Shown: positions 18,055 to 27,010, numbered from the stretch's first letter. The stretch: DNA of 32,000 bases from Candidatus Kuenenia stuttgartensis (GCF_900232105.1 NZ_LT934425.1:630001-662000), one strand, 5' to 3'. A program made the numbers and translations. Notes: generated by a model not told the origin, from the letters alone.

Positions 18055-19593
18055 CTATTTAAATAAACTCTTTTTAAGTGAAAATTTTTTCATTTTATTT
18101 AAAATCGTACGTCTGTTAAGGCCTGTGCATGCTGCTATACTACCTATCCTGCCATGATGCTTCTGAAATACGCTGACAAAATATTCCCGCTCCAACATAT
18201 CCAAACGTTTCTGCAGATCCTCATAAGAGGAAATATCAGGTCCGGCATTTAAAGGTTTGGGGAGACAAAGGTTCGTAGTTGCGGAATGGTCTGCCGTCAA
18301 CTCTATATTTTCGATAGTTTCGGATTCTTCCAGAAGGACAGCCTTTTCGATGACGCCTTCGAGTTCCCTGATATTTCCAGGCCATGAATGTGTCATAAGT
18401 TTTCTTAAGGCGTTTGGAGATATGCCGCTTATATTCTTTTTGAAGCGAATGTTGAATTTTTCAATAAAATGATTCACCAAAAGCGGGATATCATCGGCGC
18501 GTTCTTTTAGGGATGGAAGCCTGATTGATATAATATTCAGCCGGTAAAAGAGGTCTTTCCGAAACGTTCCCTTTTCAATTAATTCAAGGATATCCTGGTT
18601 TGTTGCAGCAATAATGCGAATATCTACTTTTATGGTCTTTTCGTCCCCTACCCGTTCTATGTACCTTTCCTGCAGTACCCGCAACAACTTAACCTGGGTG
18701 GGAATCGACAATTCTCCGATTTCATCCAGAAATATGGTTCCTTTATCCGCAAGTTCAAACTTCCCTTTTTTGTCCCGAATAGCACCGGTAAAAGAACCCT
18801 TGACATGGCCAAAGAGTTCGCTTTCCAAAAGGGTCTCAGGCAAAGCAGCGCAATTTACGGCCACCAGGTTATAGTCTTTTCTGTGGCTATTATAATGAAT
18901 TGCCCTTGCCACCAATTCCTTTCCTGTTCCCGTCTCTCCCGTAATAAGAACCGTTGAATCGGTTTGGGAGACCTTTTCGATCAGGTCGTAAATATTCTGC
19001 ATCAAATAACTCTTGCCGATCAGGCTATGAAAACTGTACCGCTCTCTTAATGAAGTCTGCAAACTCCGGATAGTAGTATTTTTAACCTCTAATTCCCGAA
19101 ACAAGGCCTTTAGCATCTTCTGAGATTCCTGATATTGAATCTCCTTATATACCCTTTTTGTAACATCCTTACTGATAGAAAGCACACCTTGCAGTACGCC
19201 GCCATCATCAAGGATAGGAATACAACTCTGGTCAAAAAAGTGTGTAACTTTATCTGGAGAAATAATCTGCAGTTCTTTAATAGTGAATGCCTTTTTTGTT
19301 TTAAGAACATTATTAAGGTTTCTGGCCAGTTCCTGTTCTATCGATCTAAGCCGCAAGGCCAGGTAGTTTGTGCCTTTTACCTCATGAAAACTCACGCCAA
19401 ATGTCCGTTCCGCAGATTTATTCATAAGCACAATGTTAAGATCCTTATCCAGGATAATAACATCTGAATCAAGGTTATCTATAATCGACTTGTCAATTTC
19501 CCCGTCACTCGCCAGGAAATAAGGCTGAATATCCGCATTACCTCCGATGTCGGGAACAAACAATTTTTGAACTGAATCCTTTTTTTCTTTCAT
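18055..19593 (-). CDS. PAS-domain sigma-54 interaction (enhancer-binding) transcriptional regulator with Fis-type HTH
   Basis: VLITGETGTGKELVARAIH (Walker A), ESELFGHVKGSFTGA (variant GAFTGA loop), GTIFLDEIGELS, FRKDLFYRLNIISIRLPSLKER, C-terminal IAACTGLNRRTILNKMKK. Confidence 0.95.
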   Translation of the reverse strand: MKEKKDSVQKLFVPDIGGNADIQPYFLASDGEIDKSIIDNLDSDVIILDKDLNIVLMNKSAERTFGVSFHEVKGTNYLALRLRSIEQELARNLNNVLKTKKAFTIKELQIISPDKVTHFFDQSCIPILDDGGVLQGVLSISKDVTKRVYKEIQYQESQKMLKALFRELEVKNTTIRSLQTSLRERYSFHSLIGKSYLMQNIYDLIEKVSQTDSTVLITGETGTGKELVARAIHYNSHRKDYNLVAVNCAALPETLLESELFGHVKGSFTGAIRDKKGKFELADKGTIFLDEIGELSIPTQVKLLRVLQERYIERVGDEKTIKVDIRIIAATNQDILELIEKGTFRKDLFYRLNIISIRLPSLKERADDIPLLVNHFIEKFNIRFKKNISGISPNALRKLMTHSWPGNIRELEGVIEKAVLLEESETIENIELTADHSATTNLCLPKPLNAGPDISSYEDLQKRLDMLEREYFVSVFQKHHGRIGSIAACTGLNRRTILNKMKKFSLKKSLFK

Positions 19594-19854
19594 AATCGTA
19601 TTGAGATTATTTCAAATAAATGAGAAATATATTTCCCTTGCTACAATAAGATAATATTATCCATAACTTCCATATAAACAAGGAATAATGTAAAAAGTCC
19701 CCATAAATACCGCAAGATCGTACGTAAAATGCAACACATTTGAGCATGTAAATCCACAATAAAACGGAATGGCTCTTCCCATTATCCAACGATATAACGT
19801 CTTTAAAATGCGTCAAAATAGATAACATTTGTACTAATGGCAACTTACGAAATA

Positions 19855-19870
19855 TGGCACATTCATTGCT
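19855..19870 (+). promoter_or_regulatory. Candidate sigma-54 (-24/-12) promoter
   Basis: TGGCAC-N5-TTGCT (TGGCACATTCATTGCT), consensus elements at consensus spacing, about 100 bp upstream of the first hsp20 gene. Confidence 0.75.
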
Positions 19871-19945
19871 CAAAGAACAACCAGCAAAAAACATTTTTAA
19901 AATACGGCATATGCCGCGGCAAGTTTAAAGAACAATTTTTTATTA

Positions 19946-19962
19946 CCTTTTTGAAAGGAGGT
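19946..19962 (+). promoter_or_regulatory. Candidate SD-occluding hairpin (RNA thermometer-like)
   Basis: CCTTT(46-50)-TTG-AAAGG(54-58) immediately preceding and overlapping the AAAGGAGG SD of the hsp20 gene at 19971. ACCT/AGGT can pair as an alternative register. Confidence 0.35.
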
Positions 19963-19970
19963 TTTGGTTT

Positions 19971-20396
19971 ATGATGATGCCGCTATCAAGAACACTTGAA
20001 ACGTTATTGGGGCTTCAGGAAGCGCTGGATCTTACGCGTGATGCGGGATTTTTTGAGAACGGTACCGCAAGTAGCGGGGTATATCCGCCTGTAAATATTT
20101 TTGAAAAAAATGGGGACTTGGTACTCGTTGCAGAATTACCGGGAGTAAAAAAAGAAGACCTGAACATAGAGGTGAAGGAGAACATATTACGATTATCAGG
20201 AACACGTACAATCGACTACGGAAAAAATGTCAGTTATCACCGTATCGAACGTAATTTTTCGGAATTTGACAGGACGTTAAGACTGCCGTTTAACATTGAA
20301 TCTGAAAAAGTTCAGGCAGAGTATAAAGAAGGTCTTTTGGTAGTTTCCTTGCCACGTGCAGAGACTGATAAACCGAAAAAGATTGCAATTCAATAA
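19971..20396 (+). CDS. Hsp20/alpha-crystallin small heat shock protein (1)
   Basis: YPPVNIFEKNGDLVLVAELPGVKKEDLNIEVKENILRLSGTR...SYHRIERNFSEFDRTLRLPFNIE...YKEGLLVVSLPRAE. RBS AAAGGAGG. Confidence 0.95.
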   Translation: MMMPLSRTLETLLGLQEALDLTRDAGFFENGTASSGVYPPVNIFEKNGDLVLVAELPGVKKEDLNIEVKENILRLSGTRTIDYGKNVSYHRIERNFSEFDRTLRLPFNIESEKVQAEYKEGLLVVSLPRAETDKPKKIAIQ

Positions 20397-20430
20397 TTAA
20401 TCAATAATCAAATTATGAGAGGAGGATAGT

Positions 20431-20841
20431 ATGGGTAACGAAGCAAAAGAAGTTGCAAAGGCTGAAAGTCGGAAACCAGTAAAAACTGAGTTTGAAGGCG
20501 AAAAAACGGTACCAGGAAAATATTATGTTCCCAGAACAGATATAGTTGAAACAGAAAAAAACCTGGTTGTTTGCATGGATGTCCCGGGTGTAAAAAGGGA
20601 GAACATAAATGTCATGCTGGAAAATAATATCCTTGAGGTTGATGCCAAGATTGACTTCTCGCCGTATGAAAACCTCAATCCGGTATATACTGAATACAAT
20701 GTAGGCCATTATACACGGAAATTTACCGTATCAAATACCATTGATACCGAGAAAATTGATGCAAACCTTGCAGATGGCGTCTTGGTCCTGACACTTCCAA
20801 AGGCTCCAGAAGCACAACCAAGAAAGATTCAAATAAAATGA
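20431..20841 (+). CDS. Hsp20/alpha-crystallin small heat shock protein (2)
   Basis: VPRTDIVETEKNLVVCMDVPGVKRENINVMLENNILEVDAKIDF...HYTRKFTVSNTIDTEKIDANLADGVLVLTLPKAP. RBS GAGGAGG. Confidence 0.93.
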   Translation: MGNEAKEVAKAESRKPVKTEFEGEKTVPGKYYVPRTDIVETEKNLVVCMDVPGVKRENINVMLENNILEVDAKIDFSPYENLNPVYTEYNVGHYTRKFTVSNTIDTEKIDANLADGVLVLTLPKAPEAQPRKIQIK

Positions 20842-20974
20842 CAAGAGTTGGCAAAAAGCAATTAACATTGTTTCTTATGAATAAATTTTGATTTGACATG
20901 TTTGTTGTTAGTGAAAGAAAAGGAGGTTTTTTGAATAATGAATATCTTACATTTTCTTTAGAAAGGAGGCTATT

Positions 20975-21481
20975 ATGGCCTGGAAAGACTTAATTACCTG
21001 GAACAGGAAGAAGCAACAGCAATTACAACCTGAGATGCGGCATCCCGTTGCCACACTCCATCGGGAAGTGGATCGGTTATTTGATGATTTCTTCAGAGGT
21101 TTTGACAGATTTCCATCCATTTCCTTTAAAGAAGAACGATTCGCAGAATTTTCGCCGAGAATAGATGTAAGTGAAAATGACAGAGAGATTGAAATTACTG
21201 CAGAAGTACCGGGTATGGATCAAAATGATGTTGAAATTACTTTGAGGGATGATGTGCTTACGATTAAGGGAGAGAAGAAACAGGAAAAAGAAGAAAAAGA
21301 CAAAGAGTACTATCATGTAGAGCGGAGTTATGGGTCATTTTACCGCTCTCTGCAACTTCCATGTGAAGTTGACCAGGAAAAAGTGAAGGCATCATTCAAT
21401 AAAGGAGTGTTGAAGATACATCTACCCAAAAGCGTAAAAGCGCATGAAAATGTGCGAAAGATTGAAGTAAAAAGCGAGTGA
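20975..21481 (+). CDS. Hsp20/alpha-crystallin small heat shock protein (3)
   Basis: EVDRLFDDFFRGFDRFP...FSPRIDVSENDREIEITAEVPGMDQNDVEITLRDDVLTIKGEKKQ...YHVERSYGSFYRSLQLPCEVD...FNKGVLKIHLPKS. RBS AAAGGAGG. Confidence 0.95.
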   Translation: MAWKDLITWNRKKQQQLQPEMRHPVATLHREVDRLFDDFFRGFDRFPSISFKEERFAEFSPRIDVSENDREIEITAEVPGMDQNDVEITLRDDVLTIKGEKKQEKEEKDKEYYHVERSYGSFYRSLQLPCEVDQEKVKASFNKGVLKIHLPKSVKAHENVRKIEVKSE

Positions 21482-21494
21482 TTGTGATGGTTAT

Positions 21495-21539
21495 TATGGA
21501 AGCGCTTATTATCGCTGCCATGCGATTGGCGCTTCCATA
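21495..21539. repeat. Two-part hairpin downstream of the third hsp20 gene
   Basis: TATGGAAGCGC (21495-21505)/GCGCTTCCATA (21529-21539) with nested ATCGC (21511-21515)/GCGAT (21522-21526). No downstream T-tract. Confidence 0.7.
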
Positions 21540-21778
21540 GTAGATGTAATTTACCACTGGGCATTTATTATTTTCAAAATAAAAACAATTGCACCTATGA
21601 TAGTTTGTTACGTGATTGGGAAACACCTGAGGTTGAAAAAGATACTTCAACGCCTTATTTTGCAGTAGCCGAAGCAAATGGAAAAAATACGAAATTCTTT
21701 GGGACACCAATATAGAGTATGTAGTAGAAGTTTGCGTAATCAATGTTTTTTGTTTTGCATTACAAGAGAGTTAAGGCT

Positions 21779-22255
21779 ATGGAGTTGAATACGAAAGGCA
21801 AATTGCCGCATCCGGAAAACTGGAAATCAATGCATTTTTATGAAAAATTTGAGCATATTGTCTCAATTGCTTTAACGGTTATAATTTCAATTGTGATCAT
21901 TATTGCTTTTTTACGACTCATAGTTGATGTATACAATCTCCTTATAGTGCTTGCCCTGAATCCAATTGAACATTCAGTATTTCAGACAATTTTCGGAATG
22001 ATTATGACATTACTCATTGCTCTTGAATTTAAGCATTCAATTCTTCAGTCAATATTCAGGCGGGCAAGCATTGTTCAGGTAAGGACGGTAATGCTTATAG
22101 CAATACTTGCGTTGGCTAGAAAACTTATCATTCTTGATGTAAAAACCGAATCACCCGCCATTATTGCAGCGCTTTCTGGTGCTTTGCTGGTGGCAGGTAT
22201 TGTGTTCTGGCTCATAAAGGAAAGAGAGGATAGCGCGAGATACAAAAACAGATAA
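21779..22255 (+). CDS. PsiE-like (phosphate-starvation-inducible E family) membrane protein
   Basis: Transmembrane segments with FEHIVSIALTVIISIVIIIAFLRLIVDVYNLL...FQTIFGMIMTLLIALEFKHSILQ...IVQVRTVMLIAILALARKLIILD. ATG at 21779 rather than the 21743 ORF start. Confidence 0.82.
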   Translation: MELNTKGKLPHPENWKSMHFYEKFEHIVSIALTVIISIVIIIAFLRLIVDVYNLLIVLALNPIEHSVFQTIFGMIMTLLIALEFKHSILQSIFRRASIVQVRTVMLIAILALARKLIILDVKTESPAIIAALSGALLVAGIVFWLIKEREDSARYKNR

Positions 22256-22399
22256 TCGGTATCATAATTCCGAATAATATTAAACGGAAAATAAAATTAC
22301 CATAACTTTTGCAGGCTAGTATGTTTTAGTGTTTTGTAACCGGCAGTTGATACAGCGGTTAATCAGGGTCGCGTCAAATTCTTATTTAACCAATTACAA

Positions 22400-24252
22400 C
22401 GGATGTTCACCCCTGCCAAAACGCATAAGTGCTTAATACATAGTTTGTTAAGGCTGTATTTTTAATAAATATGTAGTCACTAATATATTGTTATTATCCG
22501 ACAATATACTTGACTGATAATGGTTGTTATCTGTACAATGGTGGACATGCATATTGTAGAGAACAAGTCAAAATCCGGTAAAAAAATCTATCGATCTACC
22601 CTTCTGCGGGAATCGTACCGTGAGGATGGGAAGGTCAAGAAACGCACCATTGCGAATCTGTCGAATTGCACTCCCCTGGAGATTGAAGCGATAAGACTTG
22701 CACTCGCACATAAAGACGATCTCTGTGCATTGGGCGCATTGTCAGAATCGGTGAAACTCCATGAGGGTTTGTCTGTGGGAGCAGCGTGGAGCGTGTACCA
22801 AGTGGCAAAGGAATTAGGGATAGAAGAGGCATTGGGAAAGGACTTTGAAGGAAAGCTGGCGCTTTGGCAAGTAATGGCAAGGGTAATAGGCCGGGGGTCA
22901 AGACTGTCTGCAGTAAGGCTGGCGCAGATACATGCTGCGGGTGACGTCCTGGATATGAAGCGTGGGTTTGACGAGAACAATCTGTACGATAATTTGTCAT
23001 GGTTGTCAGAGAATCAGGCAAAGATAGAGCGAAAGCTGTTTGAGTTAAGACGAGGAGGCAATAAGCCGAAGTTGTTTTTGTATGACGTGACGAGCAGTTA
23101 TTTAGAGGGGAAGTCGAATCATTTTGGTGAGTACGGGTATAATCGTGACGGCAAAAAGAGGAAAAAACAGATAGTGATCGGTATGCTTTGTGATGAATCC
23201 GGGGAGCCGGTATCAACAGAAGTATTTAGGGGTAACACCCAGGATCCGAAGACCTTTGAATCTCAGGTAAAGAAGGTATTAGAGCGGTTTGGATGTAAAG
23301 ATGTAACGATTGTAGGAGATCGTGGGATGATCAAGACGGTGCAAATCGAAAGTTTACCGGAAGGGTTTCATTACATAACGGCGATAACTAAGCCGCAGAT
23401 AGAGTCGTTGATAAATAAAGGGATACTGCAATTAGGATTGTTCGAAGAAAAGCTCTGCGAGATAAAGGATGATGAGGTTCGATATATTCTGAGGCGCAAT
23501 CCGGTAAGGGCGGAAGAGATGTCAAAGACCCGTGTATCAAAATTACAGAGTATAGAGAAATACATCGTGAAGAAGAACAGTTATCTGAAGGAACATCCTA
23601 AGTCGTCAGTATCGAAGGCACTGGAAACAACAAGGGAAAGGCTAACGAGATTGAAACTTGATGGGTGGGTGCAGATAAAAGAAGAGGATAGGACGCTAAA
23701 GATAGAGAGAGATGAGGAAGCATTAAAGGAGGCATCATACCTTGATGGTTGTTACGCAATCAAGACTGATCTTGAGGAGAACGAGGCGGATACCAATCTG
23801 GTACATGAACGATACAAGGATTTAACGGAAGTGGAGAAGGCGTTTCGGGACTGTAAGACGGTGAATTTGGAGGTTCGTCCGGTGTATGTAAGAAAGGAGG
23901 ATAGTACACGGGGACATGTGTTTGTGGTAATGCTTGCGTACATGATAATTCGAAGGCTGCGCAGAGCGTGGAAGAATTTTGACTTGACGGTAGAGGAAGG
24001 TCTCGCACAATTGACGACCATTTGTTCGATGGAAGTAACAATCAAAGGCCAAAAAGCTAGTTGCCAGAAGATCCCGCGTCCGCGGCAACAATCACATGAA
24101 TTATTAGAGGCATTACAGATAAAGTTGCCAGAAGTATTGCCAAGCCGGAACATACGGGTAGTCACTAGAAAAAAGCTTGCTGTTCGGCGTAAAAGTCAAT
24201 AAATATAAGGCTTTTACGGCACTTTTGTTTTTTGACTTGGGGTGAACATCCG
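22400..24252 (+). mobile_element. IS1634-family (IS4-superfamily) insertion sequence, apparently complete
   Basis: Perfect 14-bp terminal inverted repeats CGGATGTTCACCCC / GGGGTGAACATCCG, flanked by the 6-bp direct repeat TTACAA (22394-22399 and 24253-24258). Intact 560-aa transposase ORF. Confidence 0.9.
22520..24202 (+). CDS. IS1634-family transposase
   Basis: LFLYDVTSSYLEGKSNHFGEYGYNRDGKKRKKQIVIGMLCDESGEPVSTEVFRGNTQDPKTF; VTIVGDRGMIKT; VEKAFRDCKTVNLEVRPVYVRKEDSTRGHVFVVMLAYMIIRRL. The real start may be the internal ATG giving MVDMHIVENK. Confidence 0.93.
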   Translation: MVVICTMVDMHIVENKSKSGKKIYRSTLLRESYREDGKVKKRTIANLSNCTPLEIEAIRLALAHKDDLCALGALSESVKLHEGLSVGAAWSVYQVAKELGIEEALGKDFEGKLALWQVMARVIGRGSRLSAVRLAQIHAAGDVLDMKRGFDENNLYDNLSWLSENQAKIERKLFELRRGGNKPKLFLYDVTSSYLEGKSNHFGEYGYNRDGKKRKKQIVIGMLCDESGEPVSTEVFRGNTQDPKTFESQVKKVLERFGCKDVTIVGDRGMIKTVQIESLPEGFHYITAITKPQIESLINKGILQLGLFEEKLCEIKDDEVRYILRRNPVRAEEMSKTRVSKLQSIEKYIVKKNSYLKEHPKSSVSKALETTRERLTRLKLDGWVQIKEEDRTLKIERDEEALKEASYLDGCYAIKTDLEENEADTNLVHERYKDLTEVEKAFRDCKTVNLEVRPVYVRKEDSTRGHVFVVMLAYMIIRRLRRAWKNFDLTVEEGLAQLTTICSMEVTIKGQKASCQKIPRPRQQSHELLEALQIKLPEVLPSRNIRVVTRKKLAVRRKSQ

Positions 24253-24353
24253 TTACAATATAAAGAATTACCTCGAATCTAAAAAACGGCTTGTTTATGG
24301 TAATATCAAAACACTTCAACACGGACTTTGACGTGGCCCTGGCGGTTAATAAC

Positions 24354-24381
24354 TTGCCAAAGAGATATTTTTTGTTATAAT
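24354..24381 (+). promoter_or_regulatory. Candidate sigma-70-type promoter for grpE-dnaK
   Basis: TTGCCA-N16-TATAAT, 50 bp upstream of the grpE start and outside the IS boundary. Confidence 0.5.
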
Positions 24382-24430
24382 TTAAATTTTAAAATTTCAG
24401 AGCCCCTTTTTGACTAAAAACATTAAAATA

Positions 24431-25093
24431 ATGTCAAACGAATCAGAAAAAAAACTTGATAAACTTGAAGATGATAAAGAAGCAACTCCTGAAGGGAAGT
24501 ATGCTTCGCCGTCCGATACCGAATCAGAGAGTAAGAATGGTGGTGATCCAGAATCGAATGAGATTGAAGTTGTTCAACCATCAGAGGTACTGTTTGCGGA
24601 ACAGCAGGCAATAGTACAATCACTAAAACAAGAATTAGATGAAAGTAGAAATAAGATTGGTGAACTTCAGCATTCCGTACGCAGACTGGCGGCTGATTTT
24701 GACAATTACAAGAAGTGGGTCGCAAAAGAACGCCAGATAGTTGAACGTACGGCAACTGAATCACTCATTAAAAAATTACTCGATATTTACGAGAGTCTTG
24801 AAAAAGCTGCTGCCACTAACGATGAATCCATGGGCAAGGAATTCAAAGAAGGGATAAAATTAATTTATAAAGAATTTTCCCGTGTGTTAAAATCTGAAGG
24901 ACTAGAGCCTATAAAAGCGGAAGGGACACAATTAGATGTCTGTAAACATGAGGTTTTGATGCAGATGGTGAATGATGAGGCGCCGGAGAATACCATATTG
25001 CAGGAAATACAAAAGGGGTATTTGCTAAACTCCCTGGTTTTAAGACCTGCAAAGGTAGTGGTATCACAAAAATCGCAAAAAGAAGAGACTTAA
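24431..25093 (+). CDS. grpE: GrpE nucleotide exchange factor
   Basis: VRRLAADFDNYKKWVAKERQIVERTATESLIKKLLDIYESLEKAA...EGIKLIYKEFSRVLKSEGLEPIKAEGTQLDVCKHEVLMQM. Directly upstream of dnaK. The ORF track starts at 24410; the ATG at 24431 is likelier. Confidence 0.92.
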   Translation: MSNESEKKLDKLEDDKEATPEGKYASPSDTESESKNGGDPESNEIEVVQPSEVLFAEQQAIVQSLKQELDESRNKIGELQHSVRRLAADFDNYKKWVAKERQIVERTATESLIKKLLDIYESLEKAAATNDESMGKEFKEGIKLIYKEFSRVLKSEGLEPIKAEGTQLDVCKHEVLMQMVNDEAPENTILQEIQKGYLLNSLVLRPAKVVVSQKSQKEET

Positions 25094-25141
25094 GGAACTG
25101 AAAACACTAAAAATTAGGAAGAGATTAAAGGAGAATAGGAT

Positions 25142-27010
25142 ATGTCAAAAATTATTGGAATAGATTTAGGCACAAGCAATTCTGCCGCTGCGGTATTAAT
25201 AGGTGGTAAACCGACTATTATCCCAAGCGCTGAAGGGGCGACCATCGGAGGAAAGGCATTTCCTTCCTATGTTGCTTTTACAAAAGACGGGGAAAAACTT
25301 GTAGGCGAACCGGCAAGGAGGCAGGCCGTTAGCAATACAGAGGGCACAATATATGCGATAAAGAGAAAAATGGGGACCGACTATAAAGTCGAGATTAGGG
25401 GAAAAAGTTTTACTCCTCAACAAATTTCCGCATTTATTCTGCAAAAAATCAAACATGATGCTGAAGCGTATCTGGGAGAACGTGTTGAAAAGGCGGTAAT
25501 AACGGTTCCTGCATATTTTAATGACAACCAACGTCAGGCAACAAAAGACGCCGGTACTATTGCAGGACTCGACGTGGTGAGGATTATCAATGAACCTACT
25601 GCGGCGTCATTGGCATATGGATTAGACAAGACGGAAGAGTCTCAAAAGATTCTTGTTTTTGATCTGGGCGGTGGTACTTTGGATTGCACCATCATGGACT
25701 TTGGCCAAGGCGTATTTGAGGTTGTTTCTACCAGCGGCGATACCCAACTAGGCGGCACGGACATGGATAATCATATTGTTGATTATCTGGCAGAGGAGTT
25801 TAAAAAGGAATTTGGCATCGACCTGAAAAATGACAAGATGGCAATGCAGAGATTGAGAGAGGCGGCAGAAAAGGCGAAAATAGAACTCTCCACAACACTT
25901 TCCACAGATATTAACCTTCCGTTTCTTACGGCGGATGCTTCCGGCCCAAAACATTTTACACATTCCATGACGCGGGCAAAAATAGAACAACTGGTTTCTC
26001 CAATAGTTAACCGGTGCGGCGCTTCTATAGAACAAGCATTGAAGGATGCGAAAATGACGGCGAACGACATCTCCAAAATCATCCTCGTAGGAGGCCCTAC
26101 CCGTATGCCATGTGTTCAGAAATATGTGGAAAATTACGTGGGAAGGAAAATTGAACGCGGAATTGACCCTATGGAATGCGTTGCTATGGGCGCAGCCATA
26201 CAGGCGGGTGTTTTATCAGGAGAGGTAAAGGACCTTGTATTGCTGGATGTAACTCCGCTTTCTTTGGGCATTGAAACGCTTGGCGGCGTTACCACTCATT
26301 TAATAGAAAGAAATACCACTATTCCCACAAAAAAGAGCCAGATTTTTACCACTGCAGAAGATAATCAGAGCAGTGTTGAAATACACGTTCTTCAGGGCGA
26401 ACGTTCCATGTCGCGTGACAATGTAACCCTTGGAAAGTTTCATCTTACCGGGATACCTCCGGCGCCAAGAGGGGTTCCTCAGGTAGAAGTATCTTTTGAT
26501 CTCGATGCAAACGGCATAATTAACGTACATGCGAAAGATCTTGGGACAGGAAACGAACAGAAAATTACAATAACCGCTTCAACAAAACTGAGCCAGGAAG
26601 AAATTGATAAGATGGTCAGAGATGCGCAGAATTACGCCGACCAGGATAAACTGGTGAAAGAAAAGATAGAAATAAAAAACAAGGCGGATAATCTGGCGTA
26701 TAGCGCAGAAAAAACATTGAAGGACCTGGGCGATAAAGTAGAGAGTGCACAAAAACAGCAGGTAGAAAATGCAATCAAAAATCTGAGAGAAGCAATCAAA
26801 TTGGAAGACGAAAAAGACATCCAGAAAAAGATGGATGAATTAACAAATATCCTGCAGGAAATCAGTACAAAGATTTATCAGGAAGCTGCAAAGAAAGAAG
26901 GCCCACAGACGCCTCCTCACGGCGGCGGTGAACAGGAAGAAAAGGGTGGTGGAAAAGGCAAAGGGGGCGAAGATGATATCATTGACGCCGATTATGAAGT
27001 AAAAAATTGA
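25142..27010 (+). CDS. dnaK: Molecular chaperone DnaK (Hsp70)
   Basis: [29 protein letters not shown]; [20 protein letters not shown]; [17 protein letters not shown]; [18 protein letters not shown]; [13 protein letters not shown]; C-terminus [13 protein letters not shown]. Confidence 0.98.
   Translation: MSKIIGIDLGTSNSAAAVLIGGKPTIIPSAEGATIGGKAFPSYVAFTKDGEKLVGEPARRQAVSNTEGTIYAIKRKMGTDYKVEIRGKSFTPQQISAFILQKIKHDAEAYLGERVEKAVITVPAYFNDNQRQATKDAGTIAGLDVVRIINEPTAASLAYGLDKTEESQKILVFDLGGGTLDCTIMDFGQGVFEVVSTSGDTQLGGTDMDNHIVDYLAEEFKKEFGIDLKNDKMAMQRLREAAEKAKIELSTTLSTDINLPFLTADASGPKHFTHSMTRAKIEQLVSPIVNRCGASIEQALKDAKMTANDISKIILVGGPTRMPCVQKYVENYVGRKIERGIDPMECVAMGAAIQAGVLSGEVKDLVLLDVTPLSLGIETLGGVTTHLIERNTTIPTKKSQIFTTAEDNQSSVEIHVLQGERSMSRDNVTLGKFHLTGIPPAPRGVPQVEVSFDLDANGIINVHAKDLGTGNEQKITITASTKLSQEEIDKMVRDAQNYADQDKLVKEKIEIKNKADNLAYSAEKTLKDLGDKVESAQKQQVENAIKNLREAIKLEDEKDIQKKMDELTNILQEISTKIYQEAAKKEGPQTPPHGGGEQEEKGGGKGKGGEDDIIDADYEVKN

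Noticed and set aside
21560-21740. Short open stretch reading ...NCTYDSLLRDWETPEVEKDTSTPYFAVAEANGKNTKFFGTPI* before the psiE-like gene
   Set aside because: No clear start codon or RBS, very short, and no recognised family. Possibly a decayed gene fragment but not supportable.
22588-24165. Antisense ORFs (130, 193, 137, 93 aa) within the IS1634-type element
   Set aside because: Opposite strand of an intact transposase, Ser/Pro-rich translations with no homology signature. Shadow ORFs.
24254-24430. Possible CIRCE/HrcA-type or sigma-32 element upstream of grpE
   Set aside because: No TTAGCACTC-N9-GAGTGCTAA-like repeat and no convincing sigma-32 boxes. Only a sigma-70-like TTGCCA-N16-TATAAT was found.
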